A stretch of DNA of 63,782 bases, filler included, from an uncultured Ignavibacteriales bacterium (GCA_964611355.1; 3 parts of 3 records of this genome joined end to end with filler, not necessarily neighbours in it); one strand, 5' to 3'; counted from the first letter of the whole stretch, positions 9,829-20,120 are shown. The notes: generated by a model from the letters alone, not told the origin. Made by a program: numbers and translations.

Positions 9829-11334
9829 TTATTGACGCTGAGTTTTCCTGAAGCGGGGAATAAATTTACCCAGGATTTCCCGGCCCATTTCAAGGCCCTT
9901 TTTAATTTCGTCTCTGGTGAAGAAACCGGTTACCAAAAGCAAAGCCGGATAGGCCAAACAAGCAGCCGATTTCAAGCTCAAATTAGCCACGGAATTCCCG
10001 ACCTCGATTTGACTGATCGGCCAGTATAGAATGCCGGCAAATGCAAAAGTCTTGACTAAACGCAATCTTTCAAAAACTATTTTCACCAGCCGGTTGCTGA
10101 AAAGATAAATCAATGACGATTTGACCATGAAGCTCAACAATGTCGCCCAGGCCGCACCCCAGATGCCTAATGGCCGAATCAGAAAATAATTTAGCGTCAG
10201 ATTTATTGCCGCCGTAATGGCATTGATATAGAGTATGTACTTGGTTTTTTTCTTTATCAGGATGCCGATGTTGAAATGCATATGGAAACTGGCAATACAA
10301 TATGACAGCACAAGTATCGGAACCACAATGTACGCGCTCCAGTACGATTTTTCGGTAATCAGGCAAAGGACATCTTTGGTCAACACCGATATTCCCAGAC
10401 CGCCAAAACAGACAAGCACGCAGAAGTAGGTAAAAATCCGGCTGAAAATCCACTCCGAGTCTTCGTGCTGAAACATCTCAAAACGGCGCGGAAGCCATAT
10501 CTGGTTAAATGGATTGGCCACGAACCTGTTTATCAGGACCCCGAACCGATACGCAATCGAATAAAGCCCGGTTACAGTCAGGCCATGAAAGGCATTAAGA
10601 AAATAGCGGTCGGAGGTGTTGACGATATACGCCATGATCTCCGACGGCACCAGGGGAAGACCAAATTGAATCATCTCCTTCATCTTGGACCAGGAATAAT
10701 GCAGGCCGGTTTCGCGCAAAGTATAAGGTATCAAAAACAGCACCTGGGCGGTGTAGGCGATAATCGTTCCCCAGAGCATAGCGCCGATACCCATATGATA
10801 CTTGACCAGAAACAGGACCGTAAAACCGATGGTCAGAATCAGTCTGCCAAGCGATACGACCATCAGGGTAAACGAACGTTTGCGGATTCGCAGATAGGTA
10901 TATCCGATCCGGTTGAACATATCCAGACCCAGCCCGATCAGGGCCAGAATCATATACCCGGCATAACGGGACTCGCTGAAGATCAGCGAGGTAAGCAGCT
11001 TGCTACCGGCCAGAAATATCATCAGAAATACCAGGGAACCGAGGCCGAAACCCAGAAAGGTGGTTGAGACGACCAGGTTGCGGTCTTCCTGCTTGTCGGA
11101 ATCGAAATAGAAACGGCTCATCGCAGCGGTAACGCCCATTTCCATGGTCATGCCGATATAGGCCGTGGTAAGATACAACAGGTCAAGGACGCCGTAGTCG
11201 GCCGGCGTCAGGTAACGGGTATAAATGGGAAGAAGTATAAAAGCGGCCAGGCGCTGCAGGATTGTCGTCAGGCCGTAAATACTGGAATGCCGTGATAAAA
11301 GTTTTAGTTCGGAGCCGACGCCTTCTTTAGCCAT
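9829..11334 (-). CDS. Wzx-type oligosaccharide flippase
   Basis: 'LLPIYTRYLTPADYG', 'SDRY', 'GLYSIA', 'GIWGAAWAT'; many TM segments. Confidence 0.88.
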   Translation of the reverse strand: MAKEGVGSELKLLSRHSSIYGLTTILQRLAAFILLPIYTRYLTPADYGVLDLLYLTTAYIGMTMEMGVTAAMSRFYFDSDKQEDRNLVVSTTFLGFGLGSLVFLMIFLAGSKLLTSLIFSESRYAGYMILALIGLGLDMFNRIGYTYLRIRKRSFTLMVVSLGRLILTIGFTVLFLVKYHMGIGAMLWGTIIAYTAQVLFLIPYTLRETGLHYSWSKMKEMIQFGLPLVPSEIMAYIVNTSDRYFLNAFHGLTVTGLYSIAYRFGVLINRFVANPFNQIWLPRRFEMFQHEDSEWIFSRIFTYFCVLVCFGGLGISVLTKDVLCLITEKSYWSAYIVVPILVLSYCIASFHMHFNIGILIKKKTKYILYINAITAAINLTLNYFLIRPLGIWGAAWATLLSFMVKSSLIYLFSNRLVKIVFERLRLVKTFAFAGILYWPISQIEVGNSVANLSLKSAACLAYPALLLVTGFFTRDEIKKGLEMGREILGKFIPRFRKTQRQ

Positions 11335-11448
11335 ACAGCCTGTTCCCCTGCGCGACGCCGGTTGTTTTTGCTTTTATATTACTCATGAATAGTCGTAAAG
11401 AGTAAATCCGTTTCATGGCAAAAACCAGAGTTTTTCGTTGTCAGGCGG

Positions 11449-11548
11449 NNNNNNNNNNNNNNNNNNNNNNNNNNNNNNNNNNNNNNNNNNNNNNNNNNNN
11501 NNNNNNNNNNNNNNNNNNNNNNNNNNNNNNNNNNNNNNNNNNNNNNNN
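11449..11548. other. Scaffold gap (100 N)
   Basis: Run of 100 N without the linker motif. Confidence 0.99.
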
Positions 11549-11638
11549 AGCTATGGCGTCAAAGAGATAATCGAAATTACCCCTTTTTATTTCTCTCCAC
11601 ATTTTGATTATCTTTTCTTTCATCTCGACTGCTTCCAA
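11549..11638 (-). CDS. 5' fragment of an EPS-locus gene interrupted by the assembly gap
   Basis: The ORF starts just after the ATP-grasp gene stop and runs into the Ns; product not determinable. Confidence 0.35.
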
Positions 11639-11656
11639 TCGTCAGTCTATATATCG

Positions 11657-12916
11657 TCAGATGGATCTATGCCTGCCGGCGGGGAAAAGCCGCCGCCTTA
11701 AAAAACCAAACCCTCGGCGGGCAAACCGCCATATGGAAAACCACCAGCACGCCAAAAGCGGCAGCGGATCGTCCCAGGCAAAAACATGAAATTCAATTTT
11801 GCCTTTATAGGCAAAAAACGATTTGAACCATTGCCACGGCGTTATTTCCCCGCGTCTCCAATAGTCCATCATCGCCTTGCGGTCGGTCCCGAACCAGAGC
11901 CAGCGACGCGGATGTCCTGTTGGTCTCATGTCCGGCAGTTCTTCGCTGATTGCCTCAAGGTACTGGAGCAGAGGCAGATTTATACCGCATTTGGCAGCGA
12001 TTATAGTCCAGATGCTGAATCGCGGGTTGATCTCGAAAATATAGTCTTTGCCCGTTTCGGCGTGACGCTTGACATCAACGTCTGCCGCGCCGGTATAGCC
12101 GATCGCGCTTAACGTATCGAGACAAAGCCCTGTGACTTTTGGCTCATCGACCGAGTGAGCATAAGCCCCCTGGCCGAAATGAATCGGATACGTGCGTATC
12201 TTTTGCCCCAGAAGAGCGCCCCGGGGCATCCCCTGCCGGTCGATGTAGGCGTGAAACTCATAAATCCGGTCGTCCCCCCCGGGAACATATTCCTGGATCA
12301 TTTCGCCTCCGTCAACGGGGGGAAGCAAATCCAGAATACTCTCCAACTCGCTTCGACCTTTTATCAGCAGGGCCTTGTGGAGGCCGATGGCATTGAGTAT
12401 TTCGGGACTGTGCCAGCGGCGCTGCCTTACAGGTTTCAAAACACATGGATATCCCAAATCATCCGCGGCCTGTGTGCATTCTTCGCTGTTCCGGGGAATA
12501 ACGGTTTTTGGAATCGGCAGGCTGTGCTTTTGGGCCAATTTATTAAATTCCGCCTTGTCGATCAGGCTGACGATTAGGTCATGAGGCGACAGCATAATCG
12601 TATAGTATTTTTCGAGTCTCTGCCTGTACTCGGAAAACAGCAAAACATCGGATTCGCCGTTAAAAAAGGCGACCGGTTTTTCATTCTGCCGCGAGCCGTA
12701 TTCTTCGAGTACTTCAACCGCTTTCTCGCGCTCGTAAACCAGGTTCGGCAGGCGGATAAATTCCCGGCAATAGCGCGAGGCTCGTTCAAACACCAGCGTC
12801 CCTTCGCGCACCAGGGTTACCGGGATGCCCTCGCGCCCCAGGCTGCGCACGATGCCACTGCGACCCAGCACGAGAGCTTTGCGCGTCCGGTTTTTTCTTA
12901 CTCTTTGCCCCGGCAC
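11657..12916 (-). CDS. ATP-grasp carboxylate-amine ligase (D-aspartate ligase-like)
   Basis: 'VRSLGREGI', 'YPCVLKP', 'IQEYVPG', 'EINPR', 'DDPLP'. Confidence 0.8.
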   Translation of the reverse strand: MPGQRVRKNRTRKALVLGRSGIVRSLGREGIPVTLVREGTLVFERASRYCREFIRLPNLVYEREKAVEVLEEYGSRQNEKPVAFFNGESDVLLFSEYRQRLEKYYTIMLSPHDLIVSLIDKAEFNKLAQKHSLPIPKTVIPRNSEECTQAADDLGYPCVLKPVRQRRWHSPEILNAIGLHKALLIKGRSELESILDLLPPVDGGEMIQEYVPGGDDRIYEFHAYIDRQGMPRGALLGQKIRTYPIHFGQGAYAHSVDEPKVTGLCLDTLSAIGYTGAADVDVKRHAETGKDYIFEINPRFSIWTIIAAKCGINLPLLQYLEAISEELPDMRPTGHPRRWLWFGTDRKAMMDYWRRGEITPWQWFKSFFAYKGKIEFHVFAWDDPLPLLACWWFSIWRFARRGFGFLRRRLFPAGRHRSI

Positions 12917-12918
12917 GA

Positions 12919-13944
12919 TTACGATTCGCCTTTCCTGCCGAGGCCGCGGCCGACAATCGTCCGCCCCAACTCGGCAATAAAACCCCAGCCCAGCCCTATA
13001 TGAATCGTCGGATAAATAACAAGAAGCAGCGGCAGGAATTTCAAGCCTTCCCGGAAAGAATAAACTATCGAAGAAACCAGTACCGCCAGAATGTACAGGC
13101 CATAGAATATCAAAAACAGGTAACCGAAAGGTTTACATACCAGCGACAATAGCGGGAGTACAATTATACCGGCGATGAAGAGAGTGGGAACAAGCGTCCC
13201 CAACGATAATGATTCGGCATGCTTGCGAGCCATCCGCATCCGTCCGATTCCGTATCGTTTCATCTGGTAAAACAACGCTTTCAGGGCGGCCCGGGGATAG
13301 TAATAAACCGCCAGCTTCAGAGAAGTAAACGCGCGGTAACCCGCTTTCGCCACCCGGTAGTTAAATTCAAGGTCTTCGCAGGCGTCGAATCGTTCGTCGA
13401 AATAACCGACCCTGTCGAATACTTCGCGCCGATAGGTCGCGCCGGAACTGGTCGGGTCGAGGTAAAACTCCCCGTCATTATAAATGGTCGAATCGAGTCC
13501 GTGTCCGATGGATGATTTTCGGGCTATCGAGACCGCCTTTTGAAAGGTGGTATTATCCGGTGTATCCAGAAACTGCGGGCGGCTGAGGATCGATACGTCT
13601 TTTTCTTCAATGAAAGAGGCGATATTTTTCAGAAGCTGATCGTTGTCGATATAAGTATGCCCGTCGATATAGGTGATGACTTCTCCGGTGGCGTTCTTTG
13701 CACCGATGTTTCGAGCCGCCGATGAGAGCCGCTTGCTGTTACCAAGCAGTTTTATACGATCGTCTTCAGCGGCTATTTCTCTTACGACATCGACGGTACG
13801 GTCATCGGAGTCGCCGTCAACGACGATTATTTCCAGCTTTTCGCGGGGATAATCCTGCTTTTGGAGAAATCGAAGTGTCTGAGCGATAAATCGTTCTTCG
13901 TTTCGGATCGGAATGACAACGGATATTTTGGGCGAATCGGTCAG
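12919..13944 (-). CDS. Glycosyltransferase family 2 (ExoA-like); probable CTG start
   Basis: 'ISVVIPIRNE', 'DGDSDDRT', 'DGH', 'EDLEFNYR'; the upstream part of the ORF overlaps wecB; TAAGGAG lies 7 nt before the CTG at 13944. Confidence 0.85.
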   Translation of the reverse strand: MTDSPKISVVIPIRNEERFIAQTLRFLQKQDYPREKLEIIVVDGDSDDRTVDVVREIAAEDDRIKLLGNSKRLSSAARNIGAKNATGEVITYIDGHTYIDNDQLLKNIASFIEEKDVSILSRPQFLDTPDNTTFQKAVSIARKSSIGHGLDSTIYNDGEFYLDPTSSGATYRREVFDRVGYFDERFDACEDLEFNYRVAKAGYRAFTSLKLAVYYYPRAALKALFYQMKRYGIGRMRMARKHAESLSLGTLVPTLFIAGIIVLPLLSLVCKPFGYLFLIFYGLYILAVLVSSIVYSFREGLKFLPLLLVIYPTIHIGLGWGFIAELGRTIVGRGLGRKGES

Positions 13945-13984
13945 CGGAGGTCTCCTTAACGCTTTGAAATTGGAACAAATGGAA

Positions 13985-15094
13985 TTATTTCGGTAGCTCC
14001 CTGTCAAGGATTTCCACGATTCGAAAGGCGGTGCGACCGTCCCAGAGATGTGGCACCTTTCCCTTTTTCCATTTGCCGTCCAGGATTCGACCGGCGGCAT
14101 CAACGATTTTATCGGGATCGGAACCGGTGATGATATTGCTGCCGACGTCAACCGTTACCGGCCTTTCGGTTGTTTCTCTTACAGTTATGCAGGGAATATC
14201 AAGATATGTCGTTTCCTCCTGAATGCCGCCCGAGTCGGTCAGGACAAAACGGCTCTCCGATTGGAGTTTCAAAAAATCCAGGTACCCGAGCGGCTCGACA
14301 ATTCTCAGGGCGTCCCCGTCAACCGATTCAAGCAGGCCGAATTTTTTCAGGTTTTTCATAGTCCGGGGATGGCAGGGAAAAACCACCGGCATTTTTTGCC
14401 CGATTTCATTGATTACTTTCAAAAGGCCGGTAAGCCTTTCTCTGCTGTCAACATTAGACGGCCGGTGAAGGGTCATGGCCGCATATTCCCGCGGTGCAAG
14501 TCCCAACCGGTTCAGAACATCGGATTTTTGAGCCGCTTCCAGATTGGTGACCAGCGAATCGATCATAATATTGCCGGTGAAAAAGATTTTTTCTTCGTCA
14601 ATTCCTTCACGACGGAGATTTTCAAGGCCCGACTGTTCGGTTACGAACAAGAGATTAGATATCCGGTCAGTCACGATTCGGTTAATTTCTTCCGGCATAG
14701 TATTATCAAAACTACGCAGGCCCGCTTCCACATGAGCAAGCCTTATATGCAGTTTGACCGCCACCAGGGCGGTGGCCATGGTGGAGTTGACGTCTCCGAA
14801 GACCACGACAAGTTCCGGTTTTTCTTTGAGCAGGACCTTTTCCATCTCAACCATGATCCGAGCGGTCTGATGAGCGTGACTGGCCGAACCGACCCCGAGA
14901 TAGACGTCGGGGCGGGGCATTTTCAGATCATCGAAAAACAGCTGGGACAGATTCTGGTCATAATGTTGCCCTGTGTGAACCAAAAGGGCTTGAAACCGCT
15001 TTTGGCGTTTCTGCAACGCCCGCATCAACGGCGCCGATTTCATGAAATTAGGACGCGCCCCCACCACGCAGACGATCTTAATCTTTTCCACCAA
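13985..15094 (-). CDS. wecB: UDP-N-acetylglucosamine 2-epimerase (non-hydrolysing)
   Basis: 'GARPNFMK', 'HTGQH', 'HVEAGLRS', 'PEEINR', 'TDSGGIQEE', 'TERP'; start may be the GTG at 15091. Confidence 0.95.
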   Translation of the reverse strand: MVEKIKIVCVVGARPNFMKSAPLMRALQKRQKRFQALLVHTGQHYDQNLSQLFFDDLKMPRPDVYLGVGSASHAHQTARIMVEMEKVLLKEKPELVVVFGDVNSTMATALVAVKLHIRLAHVEAGLRSFDNTMPEEINRIVTDRISNLLFVTEQSGLENLRREGIDEEKIFFTGNIMIDSLVTNLEAAQKSDVLNRLGLAPREYAAMTLHRPSNVDSRERLTGLLKVINEIGQKMPVVFPCHPRTMKNLKKFGLLESVDGDALRIVEPLGYLDFLKLQSESRFVLTDSGGIQEETTYLDIPCITVRETTERPVTVDVGSNIITGSDPDKIVDAAGRILDGKWKKGKVPHLWDGRTAFRIVEILDRELPK

Positions 15095-15503
15095 GCCTCC
15101 CGGCCGGTTTCGCCTGACATTCTTACGTTAATCCACTAACTGCCTTCTCGGCATTCAGGCCCTTAACTAAGCGCCGACCGACTCTTTTTATCTCAAGTCA
15201 ATATACATATACTAAATAATCGACCGCTACATTGAATTATTTTGCCCGGATTGTTTATTTCATAAGTCTGTTTGATCAGTATCGTTTTCCGGTGAATAGA
15301 CAGGCTCTTTCATCCAATAAGAGATAAATCGAACCGGATGTAAAAACGTATAATTAATATTGAAAGGCGAGTTGCGTGCGCTGTCCCGGTTTTGGCTTGA
15401 CTTTGATTCTTGATGCAGTTAAATAACCGTTAATTAATGGGAAAAGAGGTCGATTTTTAAAATCAGGGACTTTGTCGGTCGGCCCTAAATCAAGGACGAA
15501 ATT

Positions 15504-16478
15504 ATGCGGATATCATATCGGCGGTTGAGCTTTTTGACTTTTTCTCTCCTGGCCGTCATGGTTTTTTCGGTATCGGCTTCGGCGGATGAATACGTCATCG
15601 GCCCTGAAGATCTGCTCCAGATCAGTTTCTGGCAGGAGCCGACTCTCAATCAGACGGTAATGGTCCGTCAGGACGGCAAAATCACTCTGTCGATTATCGG
15701 TGAAATCACCGCCGCCGGACTGACAAGCAATGAGCTGGCGGGGAAAATAGGAAAAGACGTTGCTCTTTACAATAAGAAGATATCTCAGGCAACAGTAACG
15801 GTAATAGGCTTTAACTCCCAAAAGGTTTATGTATCCGGCCAGGTATTTTCTCCCGGCAAGTTTACCTTTGAAGTTATCCCCGACCTCTGGACAATTATCA
15901 AGGAAGCCGGCGGAGCCAACGAACAGGGAGACTTGACCCGGGTAACGATCATCCGCTCCCGGGAATCAGGCGGCGAGGTAATAATGGTCAATGTCCTTGA
16001 GGCCGTCCGCAGTGGCCAACTGGACCGGCTGCCGAAATTACGAATGGGCGACACCGTTGAAGTCCCGAAGACAGCCGGCAATGTCCCCGGGCATCAACTG
16101 GCGACCGATTATACCGACCAGAAAAACCTGTTTTACGTTCTTGGCCAGGTGCGAGTGCCGGGTCAGCATCCTTACGAGGGTAAAACCGATATTTTTGACG
16201 CCATCGGTGCCGCCGGTGGGCTGACCGAGCTTGCCAACCCGGCAAAAATAAGCATCATCACCAAGAGTTCCGAAGGAACGACCGTTATCAAGATCAATTT
16301 GAAGGAATATCAGGACGAAGGGAAAGCAAGGCGCATCCTGATTAAACCGGAAGACACGATTATCATCGGCGAAAAAAGCCGGTCGTTTTTCAGTTGGCAG
16401 ATGCTTCGCGACGTCGGCGCCATTGCCGGCGCCGTTACGACAGTAATATTGTTGATAGACAGGTTGAATAATGACTGA
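15504..16478 (+). CDS. Polysaccharide export protein (Wza-like, Poly_export plus SLBB domains)
   Basis: Signal peptide; 'YVIGPEDLL', 'VRQDGKI', 'AAGLT'; two 'V.GQV..PG' SLBB repeats. Confidence 0.85.
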   Translation: MRISYRRLSFLTFSLLAVMVFSVSASADEYVIGPEDLLQISFWQEPTLNQTVMVRQDGKITLSIIGEITAAGLTSNELAGKIGKDVALYNKKISQATVTVIGFNSQKVYVSGQVFSPGKFTFEVIPDLWTIIKEAGGANEQGDLTRVTIIRSRESGGEVIMVNVLEAVRSGQLDRLPKLRMGDTVEVPKTAGNVPGHQLATDYTDQKNLFYVLGQVRVPGQHPYEGKTDIFDAIGAAGGLTELANPAKISIITKSSEGTTVIKINLKEYQDEGKARRILIKPEDTIIIGEKSRSFFSWQMLRDVGAIAGAVTTVILLIDRLNND

Positions 16479-17991
16479 TACAACGCCGCCAAAAAAAGAA
16501 TCGGTAATTGAAGTCAGAGACATTATCTCTATTCTGTTTCGGAGAAAGTGGCTGATAATCCTGCCGGTTGTTCTGGTAACGGCAACGGCATTTGGAGGTT
16601 CCTTCCTGCTGGAGAAGCGGTACCAGTCGTCCACCATGATTGTAATTGACCAGACCGAATACCTTTCCAAGCAATTGCAGGCGCTGGTGCCCGGAGAAGA
16701 TAACCAGCGTATGACGCGGGCGGAAAGTAACAGCCGACTGATCGCTATCCGTAACGAGATAATATCGAGCGCCTACCTTTCCCGCCTGATTGACGAATTG
16801 GAGCTGACGCAGAATACCGAAGTGATTGACCGGGCGCAGAAGCTGCACTCAGGACGTCCCGATATACCGGTCAACCAGCTTGTTTATTATATCCTGATCG
16901 AAGACCTGAGAGACAATATAGACGTCAGCTTTAACGGGATAAACATTATCGAAATCACGGCCGAGTCATCAGAACCGGCCAAGGCGATGAATATCGCCTC
17001 CCGGCTGGCGGAAATATACAAGGACGAACAGCTAAGACGGGAACTCAGCGGGGTTAGGGGCGCACTCGATTTTTCGGATGAGCAATTGGCCATCTATAAG
17101 AAAAACCTTGAAGAGGCGGACAGGGAAAAAGCCGAGTTTGCAGCCGAATACCTGCGCAATCAACTGGATGAATCGGTATCAGCCGATGCCAACATTCGGA
17201 CCATCATGGCCGACGTTGATAATATCGAGCTCCTGATTGACGACAACATAAAGGAACAATCCCGGGTACGCGGCAAGCTGGCCGGTTACAAAAAGTCGCA
17301 GCTTGTCCTGAAATACGGCAATGATTTTAGGCGGTTAAAAGAAACCGTCTTCACTGAAACGCAAAGGCTGGCCGATTTCATGTCCAAATATACCTGGTCC
17401 GACCCCAAGGTCCTGAACGCCAACCTGAATATAAATAACCGGTTGCAAGAATTGAAAAGCATGATCGCGGAAAAAGTACGAAAACAGTTTGATGAAGCAT
17501 CGCCTGAAGACCGGGAATTACTTACCGAGTTTTTTGCCTTGCGATTGCGGGAAGATGTTTTCCGGCAGAAAAAGAGTGATTTCGAAGTATCGCTGTCAAC
17601 TCTTCGCAACAGGATCGCCCGCCAGCCGGAGTATGAAATCCAGATGCGAAACCTGGAAAATGAAGTCCATTCCGCCCGGGATATATACGAAAAGTTCAAG
17701 GATCAATTGACCGGTTCGGAGATTTCCCAGTCGCTGATGCGGGGCGGGGCGGAATCAAAATACCGTATTATGGAACCGGCTTCGGTGCCGCTGGCGCCGG
17801 TAAAGCCGAATCGTGAGAAAATCGTCGTGCTCGGAGCAATCCTCGGATTCATTATTGGCGGAGTTGTTACTATCCTGGCGGAATTGCTGGACAATTCCTT
17901 CAAAAAGGTCGAAGACGTGGAGGAATTTCTGGGCGTCAGGGTGCTGGCCACCATTCCCAATATCCCCTCCATGCGAAAAGCCAAGGTATAA
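16471..17991 (+). CDS. Polysaccharide co-polymerase (Wzc/GumC N-terminal type) without a fused kinase
   Basis: 'RRKW' plus TM, long coiled coil, 'P..P.KP' plus TM, ends 'LG..VLATIP'. Confidence 0.85.
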   Translation: MTDTTPPKKESVIEVRDIISILFRRKWLIILPVVLVTATAFGGSFLLEKRYQSSTMIVIDQTEYLSKQLQALVPGEDNQRMTRAESNSRLIAIRNEIISSAYLSRLIDELELTQNTEVIDRAQKLHSGRPDIPVNQLVYYILIEDLRDNIDVSFNGINIIEITAESSEPAKAMNIASRLAEIYKDEQLRRELSGVRGALDFSDEQLAIYKKNLEEADREKAEFAAEYLRNQLDESVSADANIRTIMADVDNIELLIDDNIKEQSRVRGKLAGYKKSQLVLKYGNDFRRLKETVFTETQRLADFMSKYTWSDPKVLNANLNINNRLQELKSMIAEKVRKQFDEASPEDRELLTEFFALRLREDVFRQKKSDFEVSLSTLRNRIARQPEYEIQMRNLENEVHSARDIYEKFKDQLTGSEISQSLMRGGAESKYRIMEPASVPLAPVKPNREKIVVLGAILGFIIGGVVTILAELLDNSFKKVEDVEEFLGVRVLATIPNIPSMRKAKV

Positions 17992-18069
17992 AACCGATCA
18001 TGCGCGTTAAAGAAAAGAGGTTCATACCTCAGGCTGGATTGAATAGAACCTGTTTATATTGATTATCCG

Positions 18070-18726
18070 ATGAGCAGTAGAAATCGAAAAGCGATAATTG
18101 CCATACTAATCTTGATCGTATTTGGCGGCTTTGGCGCCTATGTGCACGGTCATCAGGTTGAAATTGATCGCCCGGCGGATTTCGACCGGATACCGCTCGA
18201 AACGGAAAAATATTTCGGCGTCGAGCACCGCTTTGCGGAATACACTTACGATGTCTTGAAAGCCGACACGACCACCTTGCGGATGTACCGTGACAAAACC
18301 GGCGATGTTTTCTGGCTGTTTGTCGCCTATTTTTCCAGCCAGAAATACGGCTCGCAGATTCATTCCCCCATTACTTGTGTCCCGGGTGGCGGATATCGTA
18401 TCCTGACGATTGAACCATATGTAATCGATCTCCATAACGGAAGTAGTATAAATGTGCGAAGACTATTAATCGCCAGCCAAAGACGCAAGGAGGTTATGCT
18501 TTATTGGTTTGAAACCAGAAGCGGGGTTATCTCCGGCGAATACGGGCTGAAATTCGATCTTATGAAAAACTCGATATTCCTTCTCCCGACCGACGCCGCC
18601 ATCTGCCGGGTGACAGTCCCGTTGTCTTTGGATGCCGATTTCGAAAAAGCCTCCGGGCGAGCGGCCGAATTCGTCCGAGACATCTATCCTGCCGTCCAGG
18701 CCGCTCTGCCCTTCTACGATTCCTGA
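18070..18726 (+). CDS. epsI: EpsI family protein (exosortase-associated)
   Basis: 'LFVAYFSSQ', 'IHSP..C.PG.G', 'YWF', 'TDAA'; N-terminal TM. Confidence 0.8.
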   Translation: MSSRNRKAIIAILILIVFGGFGAYVHGHQVEIDRPADFDRIPLETEKYFGVEHRFAEYTYDVLKADTTTLRMYRDKTGDVFWLFVAYFSSQKYGSQIHSPITCVPGGGYRILTIEPYVIDLHNGSSINVRRLLIASQRRKEVMLYWFETRSGVISGEYGLKFDLMKNSIFLLPTDAAICRVTVPLSLDADFEKASGRAAEFVRDIYPAVQAALPFYDS

Positions 18727-18817
18727 AACCGGCCAATCCCAAAAAATAGCCGGAATTCAACATTTGCAATGGGTTAAAATATTCTGCCGAAAAGGAATTT
18801 ATTAAACGTAAACAGGT

Positions 18818-19885
18818 TCACTTCAGCAGTATCATTTTCTTTGTATTCATGAATTCGCCGGTCTTGAGGCAATAAAAATAAACGCCTGCGGCTGCCGGCC
18901 TTCCTTCCGAATCGTGGCCGTTCCAGGCAATTGTATAAGTTCCTGCCGGTTTGATTTCATCAACCAGCGTATTAATATACTGACCCAGAACATTATAAAT
19001 CGAAAGGCTCACGTGCATATTTTTTGACAGGGAGTATTCGATTACCGTTCCGGGATTAAACGGATTGGGATAATTTTGGGACAACTTGAATTTGACGGGC
19101 GGATTGACAACTTCGTCATCGCCGGTGTCTTCATCACTTCCCGCCACGGCGGAGGCGATATTGGATAATTCCGAGCCCTTGCCGGCGGTGTTATAGACTA
19201 TTATGGCCGCCCAGTACCCGCAGCCCGGGTTAAGGCCTGTCAGATTAAATGTTTGCTTTTCGCCGGCCGGAAGAGGATCAGGGGAGTCCGGCCATAAGTC
19301 CGCGCTTCCCAGGTTTACCTTGTCAATTGTATCACGGGAATAAATTATCTCGTAATGGTCGACGTCTGCCGGGACAGTCCAGCAAAGTATTATTTCGCAC
19401 GGGTTATCACCGGTGGATGCGACCAGATCATCGATGGCAACCGGCAAGATCTGTTTATCGTGAGTTCTTATGGCCGCAACATTGGATAACGGCGACCAAT
19501 TCATGGCATCGTCAACGGTTCGGACATCGAAAAAATAGAGAGTGCCCGGAAGCATGGCTGCGACCGTGCATGATTCAACCATGCCGGCCGGTCTCGGCGT
19601 CGGCTCGTCGACCACCTGCGTCGCCTTGTCCCAGTTGTCTTCGGTAATCATCGTTGTCAAGTAGCGAATATCATATTCCTTCGCCGTGCCGTAATTGCCG
19701 TCGTTCCCCGGAGCCGTCCAGGTCAGCGTAATCGAGACGGCCTCCACAACCGCCGCTGACACGTATTGCGGAGAAACGGCTACCCCGATAGAAAGAAAGA
19801 TAAGTAAAAGCAGACCCGTATGCGAGCGACCTGCGATCCGTGTTCTGAAACTATTGTTTTCCCGAATGCGAATGACTGCCTCCAT
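18818..19885 (-). CDS. Secreted protein: two Fn3 domains plus FlgD/Por-secretion-like C-terminal tail
   Basis: 'SITLTWTAPG', 'NWSPLSN', 'LSQNYPNPFNP...KKMILLK'. Confidence 0.85.
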   Translation of the reverse strand: MEAVIRIRENNSFRTRIAGRSHTGLLLLIFLSIGVAVSPQYVSAAVVEAVSITLTWTAPGNDGNYGTAKEYDIRYLTTMITEDNWDKATQVVDEPTPRPAGMVESCTVAAMLPGTLYFFDVRTVDDAMNWSPLSNVAAIRTHDKQILPVAIDDLVASTGDNPCEIILCWTVPADVDHYEIIYSRDTIDKVNLGSADLWPDSPDPLPAGEKQTFNLTGLNPGCGYWAAIIVYNTAGKGSELSNIASAVAGSDEDTGDDEVVNPPVKFKLSQNYPNPFNPGTVIEYSLSKNMHVSLSIYNVLGQYINTLVDEIKPAGTYTIAWNGHDSEGRPAAAGVYFYCLKTGEFMNTKKMILLK

Positions 19886-20048
19886 ACCTGCATAATCGTC
19901 CTTTCAGTGGCAAGCTTGAGTAGATTCAAAAATATGATTACCCGGAGAAAAAAAAACGGGCAGGCGGTCGTTCGCTCGGATGATATCCAAAGTACAGCTA
20001 TTGGTAAAAAACGGGCTGCGGCACGAGATACGGGAAATTGCAAATATC

Positions 20049-20089
20049 AAATAAATAAGGCGGGAGGCCGGTCAAATAAGCCTCCCGCC
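20049..20089 (-). terminator. Intrinsic terminator after the middle Fn3 gene
   Basis: 10-bp stem GGCGGGAGGC/GCCTCCCGCC followed on the minus strand by TTATTTATTT. Confidence 0.75.
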
Positions 20090-20120
20090 GGTATACGGCA
20101 GTGAGTGCATCGGCAGGCAT

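Noticed and set aside
13945..14151. N-terminal extension of the GT2 in the ORF track (likewise 40381-40455 for ywlE)
   Set aside because: It overlaps the upstream gene out of frame; better-supported starts lie downstream.
14048..15139. Long antisense ORFs (also 29005-29931, 37324-38106, 45267-46220, 62916-63659)
   Set aside because: Each lies wholly opposite a well-supported gene (wecB, dockerin protein, ftcd, lon, ahcY).
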